A DNA stretch of 64,000 bases from Chiloscyllium plagiosum (GCF_004010195.1 NC_057750.1:551340-615339), one strand, 5' to 3'; shown: positions 41,533 through 54,343, numbered from the stretch's first letter. Made by a program: numbers and translations. The notes: generated by a model not told the origin, from the letters alone.

Positions 41533-42829
41533 GAATCTCTCACTCAACAAAAGCCTGCTTGCTTAAAATCACCGGAACTTGTGTTAACAGCAGCTGTTAT
41601 TAAACTCTGTACCAATGGAGGGTAGTAGTGAGTAACCTTGCTCTCGCCGAGTTGCTATTTCTGGCTGTAATTTTCTTATCCTCTCTGTCAGGAACCAGCC
41701 ATGAGCTGTGATCTTGAATGCATTGCAGCTCCCTGCTCTCTGTGCGTTTCACTAGAACATAGCGGCTCAGGAACAGACTGAACCATCCCTGCCTCTACTG
41801 TGTTAGCTGGAAAGATCCTGCTAAAGTTCAGGATCAAAGACAAAGGCAGATTTCCAAACGTTTAATATCAACACTTTCAGTGAGCAACTGCAGTGGTTTT
41901 ACTTTAATTGTTGTTACTTTTCATGTTTATCCACTGAAAGAAAACAAATACTTTCATTTCCATGGCCTCTTTACAACTTCAAGCTATTTAGCTCAGTGAT
42001 TAGTCATAATCTTATTGAGTGAGAGAGTAGGTTCGAAGGGCCAAATGGCCTACCTTTGTTGTTTGTTTATATGATTATGTTTATAAAGGACATCAGTGAA
42101 CCAAATGGGATTTTACAACAATTGATCATGGCTTCACGTTCACCACAATTCCAGTTCTGCAAAAAAGTCACTGGACCCTAAACGTTACCTCTGATTCTCT
42201 CTCTGCAGAGTTTCTCCAGTGATTTCTGTTTTCCAGCATCCAAAGTTCTTTGTGCTTTTTTTTCCCCTGAGATTTTACGAACTGAACTTAATTTCTACCA
42301 GCTCCTATGCTGGGATCTGAACCCACGTTTACTGATGAACACCTTGATCACTGGATTACTTGTCCAATGACATTTCCACTGCACTACCATTTCCCTGTGA
42401 TATCATGGCAGTCAGCACACTAGGATCTTTGGGTGATTGGACATTAGCTCTATTTGTTGATGTTGACAGTGGGCTGAGTGCTCTGGGAAGACTTGGAATT
42501 CCTTATGAAGGGCTTCTGCCTGAAACGTCAATCCTCCTGCTCCTCGGATACTGCCTGACCTGCAGTGCTTTTCCAGCCCCACACACTCTCGACACTGGGA
42601 AGACATCCTGCTCAATAAACAGGTGAACTTCACAATACACACGATACAAATGGTCAGCTTTCACTGCTTTATTCATCAGGATAAAGTTGTGTCGTTAAGA
42701 TCAAGGTGCCTTCTAGGCTTTTTCTTGGGGTTATGCAACCTCTGTTTATTTCAACATGAGTGACTTTAGCAGCTCGTAGAATGTACAATCTGTGCAGAGC
42801 CATCCAGACTGTTCCAATGTGACTTAAAA

Positions 42830-43077
42830 GTAGTTCTGGGATTTATATATTAATAAAGCAAAATCTGTTACCCATTCTAAAAGATGAAAAACTTAACAGC
42901 AATCTAAATTGGTCCAATCTAACACTTCAGTTTCATGACACTGTAATATTTTGCTATAAAGTCTGTGTATTATAGTCCTGCTCCATAGCTACCTGGTGAA
43001 GGAGCAGCGCTCCAAAAGTTAGTGCTTCCAAATAAACCAATTGGATTCTAACCTGTTGTGTGATTTTTTAACTTTGT
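42830..43077 (+). mobile_element. PLE-type terminal repeat (family C) with degenerate hammerhead
   Basis: acCTGGTGAaggagcagcgctccAAAAgttagtgcttccaaataaacc matches 38682-38770. Confidence 0.7.
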
Positions 43078-44694
43078 TCCAAACTCACACACCCAACTTA
43101 CAGCTTGTGCCTATAATTGCCCCACCCAGAGGTACAGAGCTCACATTGAACCAGACAGATTTAGAGATTTGCTTGCACTGGTATGTTGGTTGGTAAAGGT
43201 GAAGTCACAGACACTGCTCTCTCTCATTAGAGGGAGAGACAGCTGGTGGTGGTTTAACCTGAGCTGAGGGGAGAGGTTGAGTAGGAGAATCCTTTATGGT
43301 AATCTCAGATGGTGATGGGAATTGAACCCACCCTGTTGGTGTTACTCTAGATTGGACTATGTGCAGATAGAGCGTTTTAACTTCTCCCACATTATCTGCC
43401 TGTTCGAGGAGGCCTTAGTGACTCTCAGTGAGTGGAGAGATTGTGAACATGAATATAAATGATTGTGATCACAACTTACATTGGTAATGATGCAATTAGG
43501 ATGACTTGTATCAAATAATGATGCACTTAGTCAAATGTATTAGACACTTAATGTCTGCAGAATCTTTGAAGCAATCAACTTTGATTTAAGTTGGTGACCA
43601 GAGTATTTTGCTAAGTTCTGGCATCATCAGTACACTTCCAACTCTTTCCCTGAAGTTAATGTAAGTTCAGGCAAAGAAGATAATTTCCTTGGGTTTATTG
43701 GATATTAGGATTGTTGTGTCAAAGGTTAACAGTGTGAAATTGGATTACTTAGCAGAATTTAATTCAATTTCCTATTGTTTCGTAACAGTGGCAGAGATCA
43801 TAACATACATACAATGAGAAGTAATTTGTCCAAGTAACACAACCATCTCATTTCTCACCAAAACCACAATTTGAAGGAGCAAGTGCATTAATAACCAACA
43901 TTAGAGGTAAGCCCATAAGAATTAGGAACAGGGGTAGGCTATTTGGCCCTTTGAACCCACCCCGCTATTCAATAGGATCATGGTGGATCCCACATTCCTC
44001 CCGGCCACTTTCCTGCCCTTTTCCCTGTAACCCTCGATTCTCCCGATTGATCATAAATCTATCTCAGCCTTAAATAGACACACAGCCTCTGCCCCCACTG
44101 CTCTCTGGGGCAAGGAACCACGGCCAATCTACCTTAAGCTGTAAATCTTTGGACTGTGGGATGAGACCAGAGCACCCGGAGGAAACCCACACAGACATCG
44201 GGAGAATGTGCAAATTCCACACAGTCAGTCACCCGGGTCCCTGGTGCTGTGAAGCAGCAATGTTAACCACTGAGCCATCGTGTCACCCCAAATCTTTGCC
44301 CACTTACTTAGCCGATCAATATTTCTCCGTAAGCTATTTATATCCCTCTGGCATTGAGCTGAAGATCATTATTCAGCCATTTCAATAATATCAGAGTGCA
44401 TTCAGTGCTGGGCATATTACTGATTGTCTGGACACTCAAACAGCAAATACCTGTGAAGGTTTCCCCTTCCTCAGTCAGCCTGCACTGATGATAAGGAAGC
44501 TGTATAATTGCTGGAGCAGGTGTTCTGTCTTGTGAAATACTGAAAAATCAAATAATCTTCTTAAATTTGTGTGTCATTGACTCAACCACCATTTATGTAT
44601 TTTATATTTACTCCCAGGCCGTGGCATTGGCTGGGCCCAGTATTTATTGCCCGTCCCTAATTACCCGCTTGAGAAGGTGGGGTTGAGCTGCTTT

Positions 44695-45000
44695 TAGATT
44701 ACTTACAGTGTGGAAACAGGCCCTTCAGCCCAACAAGTCCACACCGCCCCGCCGAAGGGCAACCCACCCATACTCCTACGTTTACCCCTTACCTAACACT
44801 ACGGGCAATTTAGCATGGCCAATTCACCTGACCTGCGCATCTTTGGACTGTGGGAGGAAACCAGAGCACCCGGAGGAAACCCACGCAGACACGGGGAGAA
44901 TGTGCAAACTCCACACAGTCAGTCGCCTGAGGCGGGAATTGAACCCGGGTCTCTGGCACTGTGAGGCAGCAGTGCTAACCACTGTGCCACCGTGCCGCCC
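44695..45000 (-). mobile_element. Young full-length tRNA-derived SINE nested in a LINE
   Basis: CpG-rich consensus-like copy that splits the LINE motif gagctgc|tttcttgaaccgc. Confidence 0.9.
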
Positions 45001-45429
45001 ACTTTCTTGAACCGCTGCACTCCATGTGCTGTGGGTCGACCCACAACGCCCTTAGAGACAGAATTCCAGGATTCTGACCTAGCGACACTGAAGAAATGGC
45101 GATATATTTCCCAGTCAGGATGGGGAGTGGATTGGAGGGGAACTTGCAGGCATTGTCCTTCTCGATGGAAGTGGTCATGGGTTTGGAAGGTGAAGTCTGA
45201 GGATTTTTGGTGAATTTCTGCAGTCCATCTTGTAGATGGTACACACTGCTGTTACTGAGCGTCAGTGGTGGAGGGAGTGGATGTTTGTGGATGACTTCTT
45301 TGTCCTGGATGGTGTCAAGCTTTTTGAGTGTTGTTGGGCCTGCTCCCAACCAGGGCAAGTGGGGAGTATTCCATCACACTTCTGACCTGAGCCTTGTAGA
45401 TGATGGACAGGCTTTGGGAGTCAGGAGGT

Positions 45430-46024
45430 AAAAACAAGGACTGCAGATGCTGGAAACCAGATTCTAGATTAGAGTGGTGCTGGAAAAGCACAGCAGGTTA
45501 GGCAGCATCGACGTTTTGGGAAAAAGCCCTTCATCAGGAATAGAGGTAGAGTGCCTGCAGGGTGGAGAGATAAATGAGAGGAGGGTGGGGAGAAAGCAGC
45601 ATAGAATGCAATAGGTGAATGGGGGTGGGGATGGAGGTGTTAGGTCAGGGAGGAGGGTGGGGGACCGGCGGTGAAGGAGGCCCAGGACCTCCATGTCCTT
45701 GGCAGAGTGGGAGGAGGAGTTGAAATGTTGGGCCACAGGGCGGTGTGGTTGATTGGTGCGGGTGTCCCGGAGATGTTCCCTAAAGCGCTCTGCTAGGAGG
45801 CGCCCAGTCTCCCCAATGTAGAGGAGACTGCATCGGGAGCAACAGCTACAATAAATGATATTGGTGAATGTGCAGGTAAAACTTTGATGGATGTGGAAGG
45901 CTCCTTTAGGGCCTTGGATTGAGGTGAGGGGAGGAGGTGTGGGTGCAGGTTTTGCAATTCCTGGGGTGGCAGGGGAAGGTGCCAGGACGGGAGGGTGGGT
46001 TGTTGGGGGGCGTGGACCTGACCA
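45430..46024 (-). mobile_element. PLE (Neptune-like) 3' fragment with degenerate hammerhead and 14-bp TSD
   Basis: TSD gggagt(c/t)aggaggt at 45416-45429 and 46025-46038. Minus strand has AQHFNSSSHSAKDMEVLGLLH and attcCTGATGAagggctttttcccaaaacGTC. Confidence 0.8.
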
Positions 46025-46789
46025 GGGAGTTAGGAGGTGAGTTACTCACTGTAGTATTTCTAGGCTCCATCTGCACTTGTAGCCACTGTGTTTATGTGGT
46101 GAGTACAGATGAGTTTTTGATCAATATTTGTCATGGGGGATTCAGTAAAGGTAACACCATTGAATGTCAAAAGATGATGGCTAGATTGTCTCTTATTGGA
46201 GATGGTCATGACCTGTTCTTTTAATCACTGTGTTTATGTGGTGAGCCCAGTTTCTGGCCAATGGTAAACCCTGGGAGGATAGTGCAGGATTCAGTGATGG
46301 CAGTGTTATTAAATGTTGAAGGGTGTGGTTGTTAGAGGTGGCCATTGCCTGCATTTATGTGGCGTGAATGTTACTTGCCACTTGTCAACCCAAGCCTGGA
46401 TATTGTCCAGATCTTGCTGCATTTGAACACGGACTGCTTCAGTATTGGAGGAGTTGTGAATGGTACTGAACATTGTGCAACCATCAGCGAACATCCCCCA
46501 CGTCTGACCTCCTGGTGGAGGGAAGGTCTTTGATGAAGCAGCTGAAGATGATTGGGCTGAGGACACTACCCTGAGGAACTTGGCGTCCTTAAGTTGCAGT
46601 GGTAATGTCCCCCCCTCCAAGCCTGGAGGCCCAGATTCAAGCTGTATAATAATGTCTCTGAAGAGGTTTGATGAGAAAGTAACTCCTGGGAGGAACTCCT
46701 GCCAAGATGTCCCGGAGCTAAGGTGATTAACCTTACGATGAGAGATCAGGCTGCAGTCTTTGGAGTTTAGAAGGAGACAATGTTATTGA

Positions 46790-47097
46790 ATCATACAATC
46801 CCTACAGTGTGGAAGCAGGTCATTCAGCCCAAACCGACCCTCCAAAGAGCATCCCACCCCACTACCCTATCTCTGTAACCCTGCATTTCCCATGGCTATC
46901 CCACTGAGTCTGCACATTCCTGGACACAATAGGCAAATTAGCCTGGCCAATTCATCTGGCCTGCACGTCTTTGGACTGTGGGAGGAGCACCTGGAGGAAA
47001 CCCACGCAGACATGGGGAGAATGTGCAAACTCCACACGGACAGTCGCCTGAGGGTGGAATCAAACCCTGGCACTGTGAGGCAGCAGTGCTAACCATT
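46790..47097 (-). mobile_element. tRNA-derived SINE (HE1/V-SINE-like)
   Basis: Same SINE consensus, reverse orientation. Confidence 0.85.
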
Positions 47098-48647
47098 GAT
47101 CTTAACATTTTTAGGAGATTTGACAGTGTAGGTGCAGAAAGATTGTTTTACCTTCTGGGAGTGTTTCGGACCAGAGGGCATCATCCCAGAATAAGAACGT
47201 GGGTAGGAAGGGGGAGACAGAGGGAAGAGATATATCATGGAAGGATGATATAGAACACGAATGGGATCAGTCAATTATTTGTTCGTTCATGGAGGTGTGA
47301 GTGATGTCCTTTATCTGCTAATACTGCACTCTCTAATGTGAGCATAACCACAGATTGAACAATGGAATAAATTGTGGAGATGTAATCAATTGTTCACCTG
47401 CATGATCTTCAAACACCTGTGTCAATGTCAATGATGGACAGCTATTCACATGAATTCCTTCAATGGTATACAAACTTGGACAAACCACCCCTAGAGTTAG
47501 AATCACAGAATCTTTACAGTGTGGAAGCAGACCATTCAGCCCATCAAGTCCACACCAGGCCTATGAACAACATCCCACCCAGAACCACCCTTTGCCCCCT
47601 CCCTGTAACCCTGCATTTCCCCATGGCTAACCCACCTAGCCTGCACACCCCTGGGCACTATGAGCAATCTAGCATGGCTAGTTTTGGTCTCCTTATATCA
47701 GGAAGAATATTATTACCATAAACAGAGTGCAACGATGGTTCAGCAGAGATTACAAAGGGAGTTTGAGCAAACTGCACCTAATTTCTCGAGAGTTTTTGAA
47801 GAGGTGAACTCATTGAAACCTACAGAATACCTAAAGGGACAGACAGGATACGGTGTTACCCCTGGTCGGGGAGTCTAGAAACAGCGGGGCAATGATTAAA
47901 AATCAGGGAGATGCCATTAGCTCTGAGATGAGCTTTTTATTTATTCAGAGGATTGTGAACCTTTGGAATACCACAGAGAGCTGTGGAAAACTCAATCTTT
48001 GAGGCAGAGATTGATAGGTTTCTGATTGCCAGGGGCGCACTATATTAAGGGGGGACTGGGTGAGTAAAGGGCATTGACATGGTCAATCTGCTAGGCCAGG
48101 CTCAATGGGCTGAATGGCCTACTCCTGTTCCTATGTTCCTACAATTGCAATGTGTTGTTTTTTGGTACATAGAAAGGCTGTCAGGCTGAAAAATGGAGTG
48201 TGATGTCTGAAATAATGGACACCCAGGAGTAAGACACAAAGCTATTACAGTAACAAAGCGAGTTCAGATTAAGGTCCTAAACGCATGAGAAGGATTTGGA
48301 AAAATCATGTGGATCTCATTATTAAGTTAGAATTCATAACAACTGCCAGGATATCTGCTTCAGTCACAAATGTCGAATTTCATTGGAATGTAATCGGTTT
48401 ATTGTTGGGATTTCTGGATGAACACTGCAATCAGTGTGTAGCTGATCAACAAGGTGAGGAATCATAACCATACCAGTGTCTGAGTATTTAGGGGTGAGTA
48501 TCTGAGGATGCAGGTTGTATAGTTTGGAAATCTAAAGAGGCGTTTCATAACGCAAACTTTATGATGAAGGAGGATTTGTTTATTGACAGAACGTCATATT
48601 ATTTCCCAGTAAAAGATCATTCAGATCAAGATGAGGGGCATCAAGAT

Positions 48648-48874
48648 GGGCGGCACGGTGGGACAGTGGTTAGCACTGCTGCCTCACAGCGCCAGAGACC
48701 CGGGTTCAATTCCCTGTTCCCTGGATGCTGCCTGACCTGCTGTGCTGTTCCAGCAATAAAGTTTCAACTGTTAGGTAAGGTGTAAATGTAGGGGTATGAG
48801 TGGGTTGCACTTCGGCGGGTCGGTGTGGACTTGTTGGGCTGAAGGGCCTGTTTCCACACTGTAAATAATCTAAT
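48648..48874 (+). mobile_element. tRNA-derived SINE whose middle is replaced by a PLE pLTR piece (about 48712-48769)
   Basis: SINE head and tail flank cctgttccctggatgctgcctgacctgctg, also seen at 54129-54158. Confidence 0.75.
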
Positions 48875-49159
48875 CAGTACATGGGAGTCAGGATGATGAG
48901 AAAACTACTGTACACCTCTAATTCACAGTTAACATTCAGACAGCAGCTCTGGGTGATATATCTACGTTCAGTGCATGGCTTCCTAACCTTCTGTGAATAA
49001 TGTATTTGCAATATCAGAGAGTTGTAACAGCTCTCTACAAGAAATAAGTTCAAACCAGATGTACCAGATTGAAAATAACAAAATATTCTCAGAATAGAGA
49101 GTCTACTGCAAAGATATTTGGCCACAAATTAATCTCTGCAGCCAGGCTACAGAATAAAC

Positions 49160-49445
49160 TTGCATTTACATGGTGACCTTCCAGTCCACCAACACAGCCT
49201 GATTGTCAATGAATAGAGTTTCTGATGAATTTGTTGAACTATGGGAATGCAGCACTAGCTGTTACAAATAGCAACATGATCATGTGACATTGTATTCATG
49301 ATGTTGAATTGGAGAGAAATCATCTCTTTCTCTTCAAAGTAGTGTCACGAGATCAAGTTATATCAACTGGTAAGGACGATGATACTCAGTTCACAATCTT
49401 ATCTAAAAGACAGCACCTCTGACAGTGCGGCACTCCCTCAGTACT
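49160..49445 (-). mobile_element. Deu-domain SINE remnant (SacSINE1/AmnSINE1-like)
   Basis: ctcttcaaagtagtgtcacgagatc...tcttatctaaaagacagcacctctgacagtgcggcactccctcagtactg resembles the reverse complement of the Deu domain as I recall it. Confidence 0.6.
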
Positions 49446-51127
49446 GGCTCCCTGACAGTGCGGCACTCCCTCAGCACTGACCCTCTGACAGTGCGGCATT
49501 CCCCAGGACTGACCCTCTGACAGTGCGACACTCCCTCAGCACTGACCCTCCGGGAGTGTGGGTCTCCCTCAGCACTGACCCTCCGACAGTACAGCACTCC
49601 CTCAGAACTGACCCTCCGACAGTTGCGGCACTCCCTCAGTACTGGCCCCCTGACAGTGCGGCACTCCCTCAGTACTGGCCCCCTGACAGTGCGGCACTCC
49701 CTCAGCACTGACCCTCTGACAGTGCGGCATTCCCCAGGACTGACCTTCTGACAGTGCGACACTCCCTCAGCACTGACCCTCCGGGAGTGTGGGTCTCCCT
49801 CAGCACTGACCCTCCGACAGTACAGCACTCCCTCAGAACTGACCCTCCGACAGTGCGGCACTCCCTCAGCACTGACCGTCTGACAGTGCGGCACTCCCTC
49901 AGGACTGACCCACTGACGGTGTAGCACCCCCTCAGTGCTGACCCTCTGACAGTGTGGCACTCCCTCAGCACTGACCCTCTGACAGTGCGGCACTCCCTCA
50001 GCACTGACCCACCAACAATGCAGCACTCTCTCAGCACAGACCCTCTGACAGTGCAGCGCACCCTCAGTACTGACCCTCTGACAGTGCGGCACTCCCTCAG
50101 CACTGACCCTCCGACAGTGTGGCACTCCCTCAGTGCTGACCCTCTGACAGTTTGGCACTCCCTCAGCACTGACCCACCAACAATGCAGCACTCTCTCAGC
50201 ACAGACCCTCTGACAGTGCAGCGCACCCTCAGTACTGACCCTCTGACAGTGCGGCACTCCCTCAGCACTGACCCTCCGACAGTGTGGCACTCCTTCAGCA
50301 CTGACCCTCCGACAGTGCGGCACTCCCTCAGCACTGACCCACTGACAGTGTGGCACCCCCTCAGCACTCACCCGCCGATAGTGCGACACTCCCTCAGCAC
50401 TGACTGTCTGACAGTGCGGCACTTCCTCAGCACTGACCCTCCAACAGTGCGGCACTCCTTCAGTACTGACCCTCCGACAGTGCGGCACTCCCTCAGGACT
50501 GACCCTCCGACAGTGCGGAACTCTCTCAGTACTGACCCTCTGACAGTGCGGCACTTCCTCAGTACTGACCCTCCGACACTCCCTCAGCACTGACCCTCCG
50601 ACAGTGTGGCACTCCCTCAGCACTGACCCTCCGACAGTGCAGCACTCCCTCAGCACTGACCCTCTGACAGTGCGGCACTCCCTCAGCACTGATCCGCTGA
50701 CAGTGCGACACTCCCTCAACAGTGACCGTCCGACAGTGCGACACTCCCTCAGCACTGACTCTCCAACAGTGTGGTACTCCCTCAGCACTGACCCTCCAAC
50801 AGTGCGGCACTCCCTCAGCACTGATCCGCTGACCGTGCGGCACTCCCTCAGCACTGACCACCCAACAATGCGGCACTCCCTCAACACTGACCCTCCGACA
50901 GTGCGGCACTCCCTCAGCACTGACCCTCTGACAGTGCGGCACTCCCTCAGCACTGATCCTCCGACAGTGCGGCACTCCCTCAGCACTGACCATCCAACAT
51001 TGCGGCACTCCCTCAACACTGACTCTCCGACAGTGCGACACTCCCTCAGCACTGACCCTCTGACAGTGCGGCACTCCCTCAGCACTGATCCTCCAACAGT
51101 GTGGCACTCCCTCAGCACTGACCCTCT
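49412..51127 (+). repeat. 33-bp minisatellite array (actgaccctccgacagtgcggcactccctcagc), about 52 units
   Basis: Directly visible; the spurious ORFs show 11-aa periodicity. Confidence 0.97.
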
Positions 51128-52807
51128 GGCCTGTGTGCAGAGATCTCGTGGTGCAGTGTCTATTATAATGCTGGTCTGTGCCTGCCATTATATAAGCAGC
51201 AAGATCGCACAAATTGCTGTGAAATGGATGACCAGCTGTTATACTTTGTAGGAATTGGAAAGAAAGCTAAAGGGATCCATTTTACTTTAAGTATGGCCTT
51301 TTCTTCCTTTTATAGTTTATTGAGCTGTAAGACTGTGTCCTGTTTAAAAGATCCTTGTGATTGTCAGTAAAACAAGCACAACACCAGGTTAGAGTCCAAT
51401 AGGTTCAGTTGGAAGCGCTAGCTTTCGAAGCGCTGCCACATCACCAGGTAACTAGTGAGACAGGATCAAAGGACACAGAATTTATAGTCAAAGACTATAA
51501 CATTGATTGTAATTCTCAGCCTCTGTGTGCAGTTGCAGTTGCTCTGGGAGGTGATCAAGTTGAAAGTGAGAAGAGGGGTATGGAGAGGCATTCTCAATTA
51601 ACACATCCACCTTTGTTATTTGTGAAAGTGTTGTGTTTGTGAAGAGCTGTTTTCACTCACACAAAATCAACTCCAGTCATGAAGAACAGTCGACAAAATC
51701 CGGGTTAAACTGACAGAACAATGAGAGGATAACAGAAAGCAAACCCCTTCAAGAACATTTCCTGCTCTGTTACAATCCCATGTGAGATGGGATAGCGTTC
51801 CATTCCCCGTTATCGTTCTGAATCGAGCTTGTTTGCACCTGAAAATCCTGTATCTCAAATTTATTCAGTGTTGACAGCTGTACTTGTTAACTTGAAGATG
51901 TAAATAATCTCTTGTATATTGATTAAAACTTCCAATGTAGAAAGGTGGCCGGAATAATCTCAGTTTTATTCATCAGATCATTTCAATTCAGAGCAGGGCA
52001 GCATACATTTCCTGCTGGGTCACTTGCAGGACAAGATATTTAATTAAACATCGCCAGCAAGTCTAATCATGTAGCAGGAGGTGCCAGTGTAATCATACAT
52101 TGAGACAGCAGTGGTGTTTACAGCTCCACCGCATTCCCCTCAGCAAGGATCACTGCAGCTGGAATCAGTTTGTGGAACGTGGTGTTCAATAAAACAGAAT
52201 AGCTTGACACAATGGAGCCTTTTTGGACACACACTAAAACAGAATTGTGCAGTTTTCTGCCCAAACTCATTCCAGGGCCTGGTGCATCAGATAGAAGGGA
52301 CCTTTCCATCTCATCAATCTCCCGTGAGATTTGAAAGCTGCAACCACTGAACATGCAAACACACGTCTGGGATGGAAGTGTGTATTGACAACAGAGATGA
52401 AGTCATGGCCGTGTCTGCTGTGTATTCTGGAACATTTGGCATTGAGATCAGTTGGAATAAACAATTGAGCTGTAATTTTGTTTGAAAGAATTTATTCTAC
52501 TTGGTACAGCTCGATGGGAGAGATTGAATGATCTACAGATGTGAGGTGTGACCCCCTCCCAGATGAAATTACCACTTTACCTGTCTCCATTGAATAACAG
52601 ATAACATCAATAAAATAATGAGAAAATAACTTAAACTGACATAAAATTCACAGTTCGAAGAGCCAGAACACAAAGCTCAGCTAAACACATAATGTCTCCT
52701 GCTTTGTTCCTCACTCCCTCTAACCTCCTGTAGTGTGTGGGGACCAGGTTGGCACAGAGTGATCGATCATCTTCCTCAACTGCAGGAACCACAGTCCTTT
52801 TAAATAA

Positions 52808-53215
52808 TGCCTCACTGTCGGAGGGTCAGTACTGAGGGAGTGCTGCACTGTCGGAGGGTCACTACTGAGGGAGTGCCGCACTGTCGGAGGGACAGTGCTG
52901 AGGGAGTGCCACACTGTCGGATGGTCAGTGCTGAGGGAGTGCCGCACTGTCAGAGGGTCAGTGCTGAGGGAGTGCCGCACTGTCGGAGGGACAGTGCTCA
53001 GGGAGTGCCACACTGTCGGAGGGTCAGTACTGAGGGAGTGCCGCACTGTTGGAGGGTCACTACTGAGGGAGTGCCGCACTGTCGGAGGGTCAGTGGTGAG
53101 GGAGTGCTGCACTGTCAGAGGGTCAGTACTGAGGGAGTGCTGCACTGTCGGAGGGTCAGTACTGAGGGAGTGCCGCACTGTTAGAGGGTCAGTGCTGAGA
53201 GAGTCCCACACTGCT
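52808..53215 (-). repeat. Second array of the same 33-bp unit in inverted orientation, about 12 units
   Basis: cactgtcggagggtcagtgctgagggagtgccg is the reverse complement of the first array's unit. Confidence 0.97.
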
Positions 53216-53226
53216 GGAGTACTTGG

Positions 53227-53482
53227 GTAGTGTACAAAATCCCATGCAAGGACTGCACAAAACACTACATAGGACAAACAGGAAGACAGCTAACGATCCG
53301 CATCCATGAACACCAACTAGCCACGAAACGACACGACCAGCTATCCTTAGTAGCCACACACGCAGAAAGCACTGAGGATGTCACCTAGACAGGGGACGAA
53401 ACGTCTGCAACACAAATTCCCAGCTCGGCGAACAGAACCACAACAACGAGCACCCGAGCTACAAATCTTCTCTCAAAGTTTG
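53227..53482 (+). mobile_element. PLE 3' fragment (same family as 7346-8665), internally deleted
   Basis: gtagtgtacaaaatcccatgcaaggactgc (VVYKIPCKDC) is joined directly to the pLTR. Confidence 0.9.
53369..53408 (+). ncRNA. Minimal type I hammerhead ribozyme motif (family B), intact
   Basis: gca-CTGAGGA-t-GTCaCCT-agac-AGGgGAC-GAAA-c-GTC-tgc. Confidence 0.8.
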
Positions 53483-53678
53483 TAATAGTCCCACCTCCCC
53501 CAGAACTGGTCCCAATGTCCCAAAAATCTGAACCCCTCCCTCCTGCACCATTGCTCAAGCCATGCATTCATCCTGAATATTGTTTCATTTCTATTCGGAC
53601 TAGCACGTGGCATTGATAACAATCCTTAGATTACTATTTCTGAGGTCCTACTATTTAAGTTGGTTCCTAACTCCCTAA

Positions 53679-54216
53679 CCTACTGCGAATCCTCTTACAA
53701 GGATGCCTTCCTTGAAGAAGCTCTCTTCCTCCCTCTACAAAGATTTCAGTGAGTCCCTCTCTCACTGATTCCTCCATCGTCAGACCACAACAAAACGACG
53801 GTTGGAGGAAGAACGCCTCATCTTCCGCCTAGGAACCCTCCAACCACAAGGGATGAACTCGGATTTCACCAGTTTCCTCACTTCCCCTCCCCCCACCTTG
53901 TCTCAGTCAAATCCATCGAACTCAGCACCGCCTTCCTAACCTGCAATCTTCTTCCTGACCTCTCCGCCTACACCCCAGTCTGACCTATCACCCTCACCTT
54001 GGCCTCTTTCCACCTATCACATTTCCGACACCCCTACCCCAGGTCCCTCCTCCCTACCTTTTAACTTAGCCTGCTGGACAAAATTTCCTCATTCCTGAAG
54101 AAGGGCTTATGCCCGAAACGTCGATTCTCCTGTTCCCTGGATGCTGCCTGACCTGCTGCGCTTTTCCAGCAACACGTTTCCAGCTCTGATCTCCAGCATC
54201 TGCAGACCTCACTTTC
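53679..54216 (+). mobile_element. PLE (Neptune-like) 3' fragment with hammerhead and 14-bp TSD
   Basis: RRLEEERLIFRLGTLQPQGMNSDF; TSD tcctaactc(c/t)ctaa at 53665-53678 and 54217-54230. Confidence 0.85.
54091..54126 (+). ncRNA. Minimal type I hammerhead ribozyme motif (family A), intact core
   Basis: attc-CTGAAGA-a-GGGC-ttat-GCCC-GAAA-c-GTC-gatt. Confidence 0.78.
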
Positions 54217-54343
54217 TCCTAACTCTCTAAAGTCTACTTGTTGAACCTCATCCCATTTTTTACCGATATCATTGGTGCCTGTATGCACCACTACAGCTGG
54301 CTGTACACCATCCCCTTTCACAATGTCCTGCAGCTGATCTGAG

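Larger units (their letters stand above)
44615..46730 (-). mobile_element. LINE (CR1/L2 clade) fragment with nested SINE and PLE
   Basis: MFADGCTMFSTI...QQDLDNIQAWVDKWQVTF and TTLKKLDTIQDK on the minus strand. Confidence 0.85.
53485..54343 (-). mobile_element. CR1 ORF1 (SGNH/esterase-like) fragment interrupted by a PLE
   Basis: KGDGVQPAVVVHTGTNDIGK (GxND block of the SGNH fold) on the minus strand. Confidence 0.75.

Noticed and set aside
49412..51127. CRISPR-like array
   Set aside because: Contiguous tandem units with no unique spacers, no cas genes, and a vertebrate context.
49403..53277. Long ORFs (up to 571 aa) with LRECRTVGGSV / VRHSLSTDPPT repeats
   Set aside because: Artefact of a stop-poor 33-bp minisatellite that is open in several frames on both strands.
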